In this document: positions 26,365-38,070 of the stretch, piece by piece
How the letters are laid out: each line of letters begins with the position of its first letter
Numbering within the stretch: position 1 is the stretch's first letter
Assembly (NCBI GenBank): GCA_950097015.1
Contig: CATNEN010000007.1
Coordinates: 3,658,001 to 3,722,000 of the forward strand
Length of the DNA: 64,000 bases
Direction of reading: 5' to 3'
From: Macrostomum hystrix
Taxonomy: Eukaryota > Animalia > Platyhelminthes
Notes under the pieces: generated by a model
What the model was told of the DNA's origin: nothing
Seen by the model: the letters and a program-made list of their open reading frames with translations, nothing else
Databases searched by the model: none
Program-made: the position numbers and the translations under genes

Positions 26365-26994
26365 TCATGAAAATAGCAACTTCTGAAGACCCCTCGGAAG
26401 CAGGCTCTCAGCCAGTTGCTGAATCTTGGTGCTGCTGTTGCTCCCACTAGCATCGACATCCTTTGAACCGTAGCGTTTGACCTGAAAGGCCAGCCACTCG
26501 AATGCCTCCATGGTGCCCTCGAAAGTGGTCGCGGAGATGGCGAAGGCTGCAAACGGTCTAGTCCGGCTCAGCTGTTGCAGGCGCATGGTCTCGGTGAGCT
26601 CAGCCAGCGGCATCGCATCCGGCAGGTCCTTCTTGTTAGCAAGCACCAGCAGCGGGCAGTGGCGCAGATCGTCCTGCTCCAGGAAGCGCGCCAGCTCCTC
26701 TGCTGCGAACTCCAACCGCTCCCTGTCGGCACTGTCCACCACGAACACCAAGCCCTGAGCGCCAGCGCAGTAGTATCGCCACAATGGACGCAAGGGGCAC
26801 CGGCCGCCAATGTCCCAGCTGACTAGCTCGGTCTTGCGGCTGAGCGACAGGGTCTCAATGTTAAAACCGATGGTCGGAATCGTGGTGGTGACTTCACCGC
26901 ATTTCAAAGTGTACAGCAGCGTGGTCTTGCCCGCCGCGTCCAGTCCAATCATAATGATCCGATTCGGCTTGATGCTGCTCGATCCGATACCCAT
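26365..26994 (-). CDS. Intronless ARF/ARL-family small GTPase (209 aa) with Arg in place of the switch II Gln
   Basis: ATG at 26994 gives MGIGSS (Gly2/Ser6 myristoylation pattern). [10 protein letters not shown]-loop, [11 protein letters not shown] switch I, WDIGGR, FVVDS, NKKD, SAT. The track's start at 27027 is a GTG. Confidence 0.93.
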   Translation of the reverse strand: MGIGSSSIKPNRIIMIGLDAAGKTTLLYTLKCGEVTTTIPTIGFNIETLSLSRKTELVSWDIGGRCPLRPLWRYYCAGAQGLVFVVDSADRERLEFAAEELARFLEQDDLRHCPLLVLANKKDLPDAMPLAELTETMRLQQLSRTRPFAAFAISATTFEGTMEAFEWLAFQVKRYGSKDVDASGSNSSTKIQQLAESLLPRGLQKLLFS

Positions 26995-27385
26995 AATACC
27001 GACAGTTGCTATCTCTTGGGCTGGCACTGCAGAACTATAACGGACAATTATGAGGCTGCTGTTTCTTATTTAAACTTCTCGTTTAATTCTGCCAGGCATG
27101 TAATTTCCAGCGTGGCATGGAGGGTTTGCAGTTAGGGCGATGACTGAGAGTGAGGGACAGCTTGAAAGTTTATTTTTAGCGCATGCGCTCACACATGTGG
27201 GGTGGGGCTTGTATCTATAATGCGAGTAGACAGAGAGTACTTGCCACGCCGCGTACTTGGCAGAGTACAGAGCGCACACCCCCATTAAACGCCACAAACT
27301 CCCGTAGCAAAAATTACTTTGATTGCTGTTTAAGCGATGTTAGGAACTTTTCGAGTTTACCTGCCTTGTATCACCGAAGCAAGCG

Positions 27386-27905
27386 ATGAAAGCCTCCGTC
27401 GGTTGCGGCAAGAAACCAGCCGCAAAACTAGAGCCAGCCGGTAAGATGACCTTGTTTAATAGTACCGTGCTGGGCCATCGCACAGTAGCATATTGGGCAA
27501 GAATACCACACTCTTTTTCTCGAACATTGAACCTAGCCGGTCGAGCCGATCGACATCTCGATCATTGTTTGACTGCTGAAGCTCGACGACGTCATCTGAG
27601 AGCAGCCACTGACCTCATTTTCGTAGTCGACGCACGGGCGGGGCACAGACAGTGCCAAGAGCCGCTGACGCTTTCGCCAGCTTTATTGAGGAGACCAAAT
27701 CAATATCGGAGCTGTCAACAAACACACCTCTGCTGATACTAGCAAACAAGTATGCTTGCCAAATGCCATGCCGGCTGCAAAGCTGCTAACTAAAATTTCA
27801 CAAAAATAGTCAATTCTGCAGTTGCAGCCGTTCAGACCCTTTATAGCGTTCTCTGTAAGCGCGCTGTTATTCTGAAAGGCGTTGCTAAAGCCTTTAGTTG
27901 GCGTA
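27386..27905 (+). pseudogene. Decayed ARF-like paralog, divergently oriented to 26365..26994
   Basis: LEPAGKMTL (P-loop remnant) and DLIFVVD, then in shifted frames PLLILANK, LPNAMPAAKL, RPFIAFSVSA and KGVAKAFSW, matching [19 protein letters not shown]...[22 protein letters not shown]. Contains frameshifts and stops. Confidence 0.75.
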
Positions 27906-29435
27906 CAGATCAGATGTCAGTTAAAGTTTATTTAAATTTCAGCTTTAATTTGAGGCATTTTTATGAATTTTAATGCATTAATGACTTAACTTATCAATTA
28001 ATTTTGGATGACGCGAACTGCATGCTGTTGGGGACCGGGGACGATTTGTTTGATTGCATATTTTTTCATGATCTGTGAAATAAACTCTCAAATACTTGTT
28101 TTGATTTCGCAATTTTTTATTAAGTAAGTAGTAACATCTACTTAAATACTGCGTAAATACTTTCGTTATCGTTATCGTTTCGTTATTTACCGTTGTTATT
28201 ATTAATTATTACCGTTAGTAAAAAGCCTTTTCAATATTACTAATCTCATCTGATCTCAATTGCAAATGTAATAATCAAGGACCACTAGAAGAATACTACT
28301 CAAGGACCACTAGCTTAATAATATGCTTAACCACTGCAAGAAAACATTGCTCATTATATTCAATAATTAATTGATTAATTAATTCACTTTTCATCAATGC
28401 AATTTTTATTTTGCTGGTTTTATCCCAGTATAGCGAGTCAAATCATAGCTTATTTGTTTGATTCAACGCGAATTTGTTTTTCAGCTTTCTGCACGTTCCC
28501 TCGTTCGCGCAAATTTAATTCATCGGAAATTGTACAGCGTTTTTTAATTACACTCTGCGGCCGGCCAACATGGCTGCTTGAGCTATTAATATAGACAGCT
28601 AAACGAACATGAGTATAGAGTTCTACTTGCGCATTTTTGACTTGTTACAAACAGATCGCTTTTACCGCTGTGTGGGGAATATTTAAATATATTGTAGCGC
28701 GCCCAGTACTCAGCAATAGCATAAGCTACTAGCATCAAATGAAAATATAATCAAGCCACATTTTTTACTAATACAATCAATTGTTGATGTTGAATGACCA
28801 ATTATTCAAGTCAAGTAAAATTTATCGCAAGATCATTTGGTCTAGCAAGGTCTATACTTATATATTCTTTATTCTTTATATATATATATATGATTTTAGC
28901 TCGAAAGCTAATAAAACATATTAGTTATATAGATAATAATTAACTTTATATAGGTAGCCTACTTTACAGTGTAGCCAATGTTATACATATAAATGCTAAC
29001 ATAGTCAAATGGTAAATTTAAACAAATAAGACTGGTTTGTGAGTAAAAATAAAAAGAAATATACAACTGGTATTGAGGTAATCTGATGCTCAGTATGACC
29101 AAAGAGTTGTGTTCTATATAATTGTTGTCTTTAGAAATTAGAAGTCATTCAAAATTTAGAAAATGTAATTTAATTGTTGTGACATTTTTTAGCTTACTGG
29201 ATTAGACTTGTAAAAAACATATTATTTGTTATCCTCTTCTTGAAAAAACTATAGGGCCTAAACTGCTTTGGTTTTGCAAAAAATCTCACTAGGTGCAAAA
29301 GCCTATTTTGTTAAAAAATTCTATTAAAATTTGGCATAGTATAGGCATATCTAAGCTATCACTTGTTGCAAACTCATTATATATATTAATAAAATAATTT
29401 TAATTGTAAAAGGCCTATGGGTAATGGCAAATCAT

Positions 29436-29705
29436 TAGGTGACACTAGACCCATAGCCAGCAAGATTCTGCCCATTTTGCTGAGTCCTATGCACATACAC
29501 ATATTATATATGCTTGCAGAGGTATGTACATCTGTCCCTGACTTTCTCATTGTCAGGCAGTGTAAACTCTCACTATGGCTCTCAAGGGCATAAATTGCAT
29601 AAGTCCCCAAGCCTTCTCTCTGTGGCTGCACCCCAAATGAATATGGCCTTACCATGGAATCAAGCTTAGGTACCTGGGTGTAAGAGGCAAACTGTTCTGC
29701 CACTT
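29436..29705 (-). mobile_element. SINE-like element, near full length (~270 bp)
   Basis: Head GTGGCAGAAC...CAGGTACCTAAGCTTGATTCC (A/B-box-like), body TTCATTTGGGGTGCAGCCACAGAGAGAAGGCTTGG, tail TACACTGCCTGAC...AAATGGGCAGAA...GGGTCTAGTGTCACC. Aligns by eye with 59040..59292 and 40905..41130. Confidence 0.75.
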
Positions 29706-30074
29706 TATCCCTTGTTGCAAACTTGTTTTCACTGCAAGAATTGCAATATTAACAATATTAGCACTAGTTCAATATTAGCAATTAGTAATATAGCTAACTA
29801 AACAAATTTGTAGTTTTTTGTTTTTAGTTTTATTCAATTTCAGTTTTTGTTTTTCTTTATCAGTACTAAAAAGCTAAATCAATTTGGTGCAATAAATTTG
29901 AATTATGTATTAATTTTATTGACGATTTGGTTGACAGTTGATATTTGGTATTTTTACAGTCAGGAGAAAAAGCTAAGCAACAAACACCACTGAGTCCTCT
30001 CTACTTATAGGTAATATAATAGATATAATTTTGACTGATACCTTCCAGAGTTCCATGCATGAGGTGTCATAGCA

Positions 30075-33026
30075 ATGTCCTTGCTATCCAAAGTGCCAAG
30101 AACATTTCATCTGGTGATTGTTGTTCGACTAATTTCTCTGCTGATTCAGGTTAGTTCTAGATGTAATGTGTCAGCCTTAATTGTCAAATCTTAACCTAGT
30201 TAACAGAAATGCAGGTTCTTGCAAACCTCAATTCATCTATTTTTGCTGCATTTTTTTCAATGCTGGTAAAAAACATAAACTTTTACTAAAGTTCTTGATT
30301 AAAATCTATGAACTTTTAGAAGTGTACAGCTGCTCAGTCTGTGGACTTGCTCAAGTACGCAAGTTGTCTCCCTTTAGCTGAGATTCGAACCTCTTTGATC
30401 TCTCAATTAGAAGTCCGAAGCTATAACTGCCAAAGCATAGACAGGCACTCGCTGCATTTCGACTCAGTAACCATAATCTGGTCTGCGGGACACAGAGAAC
30501 AGCCAGACCAAGAGTAGAATACGAACGCAGGTTCTGCCCAAAGTGCCAGACAGAGGTTGAGAACGAAATCCACTTTCCTTTAAGACGCAGCTCGAACGGA
30601 AAAAATATTCTGAAAAAATAACAGCTAAAAATTCAAAAAAAAACTAAAACCTTAAATTTTTTAGTGCATCTGACAAAGCTGTATACTTGATGGTTCAAGA
30701 AGATGGAGAATTAACTGAGATACTGCCAAATTACATAGCACAGATGACTGAGGCTCGAGAAATAGTTGCAATCTAGCCAAATTTTGCTTCCTTAGCAACA
30801 GGCGCTTGTTTTTTATAACCTCAATTATTGAATCCCTCTTTGTATTTTGCGTAATTGCCATCCCAATGCTCCACACGTGAGACTTACGAAAAATAAATTT
30901 CACCTTATAGTCAGTTATAGCCTATCACCTAATTAAACAAAATCTATCTTCAACACCGCCAGGCGGTTTCCTACTTCATCCCAGACCACAACGCGGACGC
31001 ATTCAAGCCCACCGACTATGAGCCGGAGTCAGCTCCGGAGCCCAGTCCTATTGGCTGGTCACTGCGCCTACTGCTCTCCGGCTATCATCGCTGGGACTCG
31101 GTGCACTTTGTTTTAATAGCGCGGCATGGCTACGTTCTGGATCATTCCACAGTGTTCTTCCCGCTGTATCCCATGCTCTGCCGGGCCGCGCGCTATCCTC
31201 TGATTCTGTTGCTTAGCAACCAGAGCTACGGTTGCCTAGCAACGGAGGCTACCATCACCCTGCTGGCCTGCTATTGCGTTAATCTCTGTCTACAGCTGGC
31301 CTGCATACACCTGTTCTGGCACCTGACAGAATTCCAGTATCCCAAGCAGCCGGCTCTCCGCCTGGCCGCCCTCACCTTGCTGTCCGTGTCGCCAGCCACG
31401 CCATTCTTTGTGGCATTCTATTCTGAGCCAGCCCACCTGGCCTGCTCACTGTGGGCCCTCGCCAGTCTCAGCCGGGGCCGCCACCTGGAGGCAGGAGCAG
31501 CCCTGGCGGCAGCTGGGCTCGCCCGCTCCAACGGCCTGGCCAATGCGCTGCTGGTCGCTACGCCCGCTTTTATTGCCATAGCAACAGGCTGGCGCCGGCA
31601 CAAATGGCAGGAGACGGCTTTGGTTAGTGTGGCATATCATTTGTTGTTTGTATGTTTCACTTTACTTATTTGTTGAAAATAAATACTGTTCTGGGAAATC
31701 GTCATTGCCCCTTAACTGTTGAAACCACGCAATTTACCCCCGTGAGGAAGGACAACTTAAGCACCAGCCGTCTCATCAATCCACAGGTGGCTGTCCGCTC
31801 CGCCGCATTGTCAGCGGCAGCCTGCTCCGGCTTCCTAGCCCACCAGCTCGTCACCGCCCTGACGTTCTGCACCGATTGGTGGCGGGACCCCTCCTGGCAG
31901 CCGCAGCCCGGCCTGCTAGCCCTGGCCAGGCTGAATAACTACAGCCTTCGCGGCCACGACAGCCCGCCAGCCTGGTGCTCGGAGGGCTTGCTAGCGCCAA
32001 TGTCCTACGGAGCGGTGCAGGCTCGCGACTGGCACGTTGGACTGTTCAGGTTGGCTGGCGTCTGACTGGTCACTGACCCCTCTGATGTTCAGTGTCAGAT
32101 GGTCATTGACCTCTCCTGGTCCTTCTTGAGTTGGTCATTGATCGCTAATAATAAGACGATTATGCAGGAGGGCTGTGGGCAATGGCACATCATTTGGTGA
32201 CACTAGACCCGCTGCCAGTGCCTTTTCTGCCTGTTCCGTTGACTCCTGAGCACACACACAGTTTTGTACATCTGTCCTGAATTTCCCGTTGTCAGGCAGT
32301 GTATTATTTCACCCTAACTAAACTTCCGCTCGATACTTTCATCGTTCCTTAGCAGTTAGTTGATCTTGGTTATCTATCGTTAAATCTAGTTGGTCATTGG
32401 CCTCTTGTGACCGACTTTGTTTCCTTCCGGGATATCCCATCTTTCTGGGAAGTGATTGTTTGGGATTTCTATTGTTGATCGTAAAAATGGTATTTCATTG
32501 GTATGAATTATTCCTCTCTATAATTAGCATCTTATCCATGAACTCTTAACACTATTCTTCCCACCCTACAAAATCCTTATCCCACAGCTACTTTCAATGG
32601 CGCCAGGTTCCCAACTTTCTGCTAGCCGCCCCAGCCCTCACCATCGCTGCCGGCGCCGCCTACCAGCTGGTTGCCAGGCGGGCAACTCTGAAGCCGCCGG
32701 AGCTGATTGGCCAGCACGCCCAGCTGGCCTTCCTGGGCCTGCTCTGCCTGGCCGCCGCCCACGTGCAGATCGCCACCCGCGTCCTGCTGTCAGCCTCGCC
32801 CCTACCCTATTGGCTCGCCGCTAGTCACGTGATGCTTGCGCCAGCCAATCGCAGTCTGATTGAGCAATGGCGAAGGCTTAGCTGCGACTCGCCGTTGGCA
32901 TTCCTGGCGCTGTGCCTGAGGAATTCGGCACAGTTGACTGTCAAATGCCGCCTGCTTCTGGCCTGGTGTATCTGCTTCTGCCTCATCGGCACCGCCATGC
33001 ACGCCAACTTCCTGCCCTGGACCTGA
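30075..33026 (+). CDS. PIGV: GPI mannosyltransferase 2 (PIG-V), 4 coding exons, ~478 aa
   Basis: join(30075..30149,30963..31622,31787..32049,32588..33026), all GT-AG and phase-consistent. Motifs IPDHNADAF, RWDSVHFVLIARHGY, FFPLYP, YSE, RSNG, QVPNFLLA, HVQIATR, C-terminal HANFLPWT. Confidence 0.95.
30370..30450 (-). mobile_element. tRNA-derived fragment (SINE head or tRNA pseudogene, Arg-TCT-like loop)
   Basis: Minus strand reads TGGCAGTTATAGCTTCGGACTTCTAATTGAGAGATCAAAGAGGTTCGAATCTCAGC: A-box-like start, GGACTTCTAA anticodon-arm-like segment, GGTTCGAATC B-box. Stems are imperfect. Confidence 0.45.
30442..30630 (+). mobile_element. LINE (CR1/L2/Crack-type) ORF2 C-terminal fragment in PIG-V intron 1
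   Basis: Open frame ALAAFRLSNHNLVCGTQRTARPRVEYERRFCPKCQTEVENEIHFPLRRS matches the AL..LR.S.H.L.IE.GR.....R.C..C...VEDE.HFLL.C terminal motif. The last Cys is lost. Confidence 0.75.
32196..32303 (-). mobile_element. SINE-like element, 3' half, in PIG-V intron 3
   Basis: TACACTGCCTGACAACGGGAAATTCAGGACAGATGTACA...GTGTGCTCAGGAGTCAAC...GGGTCTAGTGTCACC on the minus strand. Confidence 0.7.
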
Positions 33027-33249
33027 CATTCTCACGGAAGGGTATCTGTTTGATATTCACGGATATATTGTTTATGGACTGCCTGTTATTTAGATTCTAA
33101 GGAATTTCCCTCTGTTCTGGGATATGTCCTGGACTTCAAAATGCCCAGATGTGCTTTTGAGGTAGTTCCTAATATAGCGATGTAGCTCGTGATTCTTATC
33201 GATTTCCCCATGTTTTGCGAGGCAATTGTTAGGGATTTCCCCGTCTTTT

Positions 33250-36200
33250 TTGACGAGTGATTGTTCGGGATTTCCCTAGTGAGTTCCCAATGTATTTGAA
33301 ACGTGATTGTTTGGGATTTCCCTAGAGAGTTCCCAATGTTTTGAAGAGTCATTGTTTGGGATTTCCCTAGTGAGTTCCCAATGTATTTGAAACGTGATTG
33401 TTTGGGATTTCCCTAGAGAGTTCCCAATGTTTTGAAGAGTCATTGTTTGGGATTTCCCTAGTGAGTTCCCAATGTTTTTGAAACGTGATTGTTTGGGATT
33501 TCCCTAGAGAGTTCCCAATGTTTTTGAAGAGTCATTGTTTGAGATTTCCCTAGTGAGTTCCCAATGTTTTTGAAACGTGATTGTTTGGGATTTCCCTAGT
33601 GAGTTCCCAATGTTTTTGAAGAGTCATTGTTTGGGATTTCCCTAGTGAGTTCCCAATGTTTTTGAAGAGTCATTGTTTGAGATTTCCCTAGTGAGTTCCC
33701 AATGCTTTTGAAGAGTCATTGTTTGGGATTTCCCTAGAGAGTTCCCAATGTTTTTGAAGAGTCATTGTTTGGGATTTCCCTAGAGAGTTCCCAATGTTTT
33801 TGAAGAGTCATTGTTTGAGATTTCCCTAGTGAGTTCCCAATGTTTTTGAAACGTGATTGTTTGGGATTTCCCTAGAGAGTTCCCAATGTTTTTGAAGAGT
33901 CATTGTTTGAGATTTCCCTAGTGAGTTCCCAATGTTTTTGAAACGTGATTGTTTGAGATTTCCCTAGAGAGTTCCCAATGTTTTTGAAGAGTCATTGTTT
34001 GGGATTTCCCTAGTGAGTTCCCAATGTTTTTGAAACGTAATTGTTTGGGATTTCCCTAGTGAGTTCCCAATGTTTTTGAAACGTGATTGTTTGGGATTTC
34101 CCTAGAGATTTCCCAATGTTTTTGAAGAGTCATTGTTTGAGATTTCCCTAGTGAGTTCCCAATGTTTTTGAAACGTGATTTTTAAGGATTTCCCTAGTGA
34201 GTTCCCAATGTATTTGAAACGTGATTGTTTGGGATTTCCCTAGAGAGTTCCCAATGTTTTGAAGAGTCATTGTTTGGGATTTCCCTAGTGAGTTCCCAAT
34301 GTTTTTGAAGAGTCATTGTTTGGGATTTCCCTAGTGAGTTCCCAATGTATTTGAAACGTGATTGTTTGGGATTTCCCTAGAGAGTTCCCAATGTTTTGAA
34401 GAGTCATTGTTTGGGATTTCCCTAGTGAGTTCCCAATGTTTTTGAAGAGTCATTGTTTGGGATTTCCCTAGAGAGTTCCCAATGTTTTGAAGAGTCATTG
34501 TTTGAGATTTCCCTAGTGAGTTCCCAATGTTTTTGAAACGTGATTGTTTGGGATTTCCCTAGTGAGTTCCCAATGTTTTTGAAGAGTCATTGTTTGGGAT
34601 TTCCCTAGTGAGTTCCCAATGTTTTTGAAGAGTCATTGTTTGGGATTTCCCTAGTGAGTTCCCAATGTTTTTGAAGAGTCATTGTTTGAGATTTCCCTAG
34701 TGAGTTCCCAATGCTTTTGAAGAGTCATTGTTTGGGATTTCCCTAGAGAGTTCCCAATGTTTTTGAAGAGTCATTGTTTGGGATTTCCCTAGAGAGTTCC
34801 CAATGTTTTTGAAGAGTCATTGTTTGAGATTTCCCTAGTGAGTTCCCAATGTTTTTGAAGAGTCATTGTTTGGGATTTCCCTAGAGAGTTCCCAATGTTT
34901 TTGAAGAGTCATTGTTTGAGATTTCCCTAGTGAGTTCCCAATGTTTTTGAAACGTGATTGTTTGGGATTTCCCTAGTGAGTTCCCAATGTTTTTGAAACG
35001 TGATTTTTTGGGATTTCCCTAGAGATTTCCCAATGTTTTTGAAGAGTCATTGTTTGAGATTTCCCTAGTGAGTTCCCAATGTTTTTGAAACGTGATTTTT
35101 CGGGATTTCCCTAGTGAGTTCCCAATGTAATTGAAACGTGATTGTTTGGGATTTCCCTAGAGAGTTCCCAATGTTTTTGAAGAGTCATTGTTCGGGATTT
35201 CCCTAGTGAGTTCCCAATGTATTTGAAACGTGATTGTTTGGGATTTCCCTAGAGAGTTCCCAATGTTTTGAAGAGTCATTGTTTGAGATTTCCCTAGTGA
35301 GTTCCCAATGTTTTTGAAACGTGATTTTTCGGGATTTCCCTAGTGAGTTCCCAATGTAATTGAAACGTGATTGTTTGGGATTTCCCTAGAGAGTTCCCAA
35401 TGTTTTTGAAGAGTCATTGTTTGAGATTTCCCTAGTGAGTTCCCAATGTATTTGAAACGTGATTGTTTGGGATTTCCCTAGAGAGTTCCCAATGTTTTGA
35501 AGAGTCATTGTTTGGGATTTCCATAGTGAGTTCCCAATGTTTTTGAAACGTGATTGTTTGGGATTTCCCTAGTGAGTTCCTAATGTTTTTGAAACGTGAT
35601 TGTTTGGGATTTCTCTAGTGAGTTCCCTTTTTTTCAAAAGTGGTTGTTTGGGATTTCCCTAGTGAGTTCCTAATGTTTTTGAAGAGTCTTTTTTTGGGAT
35701 TTCCCTAGTGAGTTCCCAATGTTTTTGAAACGTGATTGTTTGGGATTTCCCTAGTGAGTTCCCTTTTTTTTCAAAAGTGGTTGTTTGGGATTTCTCTAGT
35801 GAGTTCCTAATGTTTATAAAAAGTGGTTGTTCGGGATTTCCCTCTTAACGTTTCTAATGTTTCCAAAGTGATCTGGATTTCCCAACATTTAGAAGTAGAT
35901 TTTTTGGGATTTCCCTAGTGAGTTCCCAATGTTTTTTAAACGTGATTGTTTGAGATTTCCCTAGAGAGTTCCCAATGTTTTTGAAGAGTCATTGTTTGGG
36001 ATTTCCCTAGTGAGTTCCCAATGTATTTGAAACGTGATTGTTTGGGATTTCCCTAGTGAGTTCCTAATGTTTTTGAAACGTGATTGTTTGGGATTTCTCT
36101 AGTGAGTTCCCTTTTTTTCAAAAGTGGTTGTTTGAGATTTCCCTAGTGAGTTCCCAATGTTTTTGAAACGTGATTGTTTGGGATTTCCCTAGAGAGTTCC

Positions 36201-36850
36201 CAATGTTTTGAAGAGTCATTGTTTGGGATTTCCATTGTGAGTTCCCAATGTTTTTGAAACGTGATTGTTTGGGATTTCCCTAGTGAGTTCCCAATGTTTT
36301 TGAAGAGTCATTGTTTGGGATTTCCATAGTGAGTTCCCAATGTTTTTTAAACGTGATTGTTTGAGATTTCCCTAGAGAGTTCCCAATGTTTTTGAAGAGT
36401 CATTGTTTGGGATTTCCCTAGAGAGTTCCCAATGTTTTTGAAGAGTCATTGTTTGGGATTTCCCTAGTGAGTTCCTAATGTTTTTGAAACGTGATTGTTT
36501 GGGATTTCTCTAGTGAGTTCCCTTTTTTTCAAAAGTGGTTGTTTGGGATTTCCCTAGTGAGTTCCTAATGTTTTTGAAGAGTCTTTTTTTGGGATTTCCC
36601 TAGTGAGTTCCCAATGTTTTTGAAACGTGATTGTTTGGGATTTCCCTAGTGAGTTCCCTTTTTTTCAAAAGTGGTTGTTTGGGATTTCTCTAGTGAGTTC
36701 CTAATGTTTATAAAAAGTGGTTGTTCGGGATTTCCCTCTTAACGTTTCTAATGTTTCCAAAGTGATCTGGATTTCCCAACATTTAGAAGTAGATTTTTTG
36801 GGATTTGCCTATTCTTTAGAAGTGGTTGCTAGGGATTGCCACTGTTCAGG
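33250..36850. repeat. 47-48-bp minisatellite (GATTGTTTGGGATTTCCCTAGTGAGTTCCCAATGTTTTTGAAACGT / GAAGAGTC variant), ~75 copies
   Basis: Read directly. Each unit has internal dyad symmetry. The degenerate terminal block is duplicated at ~894-bp offset. Confidence 0.98.
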
Positions 36851-38070
36851 GAAGTGTTTTTTTGGAATTTCCCTTTTTAGGAAAGAATTTTTTTTGTACT
36901 TCCCGATAATAGGCAAGTAGTGTCTTGTTGATAATACTTTCTTTCGAAGCAATCGCTTTGAATAAATATTTGTCGTTTCGATTGCCAATTTTTTCATTTC
37001 ACCATTCTAAAAATAAGTTGCATTTAACTTTTTTCGCTGCTTAATCTAGTTTTCTTATACGCTTGTATTCGTTATTTAAACAAGTAAAACCTGTTAATAG
37101 ACTGTGGTTTAAGCTGTTGCTTACTTTGATGCTGGTTTGTTATCAATCTTTGAACAGTCTTTGCTGCTTTTCTTTATCAATTTACTGCATCGAATAATAT
37201 TAAAATTCGAGACACTAAGTTTGTCAAGAAAAGTTGAAAAATGTTTAATTTGCTTTCAGCCTTTCACCAGAATAGTAGTATATTTCGCAGCAGACAACAT
37301 TGCGTAGACAACATTGCAGTGATTGTGTAAGTTCATTTGTTAAAAAGAAATCTATTTGTTTATAGCATAGAATTACAGAAGAAATTCTTGAGAACATTGC
37401 GCTGAATTTGATTGCATAAATTTCGTGTACACGCGGTGCATGTTGAGAAAGAAGTACAATTTAGAATCAGAAATATGCGAGCATTACAATTAGCTTAAGT
37501 ATTGCTGAGTTGTTGATGTGGAATGTACTTTAATAGAAGGCTTAAATTATTGCTTATTGTCGACAGTACACTGCTCAATGCCTGTGATTCGGTTTCTGAA
37601 TGATACAAAATACCTGGGTCTGGGACTTGGCTATGTAAATCTGTAGGATGATTGACGAATTTGGGAAAAAAATGACAAGAGAGGGTTGGACAAATGTGGG
37701 ACAATGGCGAAATTGTGACATATTAAGACAACAGACTGAAGTTTTTACGATTAATAAATTATTCAGTTTTAATTCGAAATTTAATAAATGTTCAACAGTT
37801 TTCCAATTAACACATGCAAATGGACAAACACGACGACTTACTTAATTACGAGCTAGAAAATTATGTTTCGCTTTTTAAGAAGTTCCGTAATGGCATATTT
37901 TCAAGGACTACTGAACAGTTGCCTGCTAAGGTATGAGGCTAATGTCAGTATTTTTAAACAATAAATAGATCAAAACTACTGACATTGTCACATCAGTCCT
38001 TCTTCGGTTTAAATCGGCCTTCTAATATCTAAGTGAGTAGTCCTTGATCCCATTGTCGGAATTGGCTTCC

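Noticed and set aside
30370-30450. Functional tRNA-Arg gene
   Set aside because: Acceptor and D stems do not pair convincingly; kept only as a tRNA-derived fragment.
33250-36850. About 60-70 GGGATTTCCC sites as an NF-kB enhancer array
   Set aside because: Multiplicity is a trivial result of tandem amplification, and there is no evidence here that the organism has or uses NF-kB at this locus.
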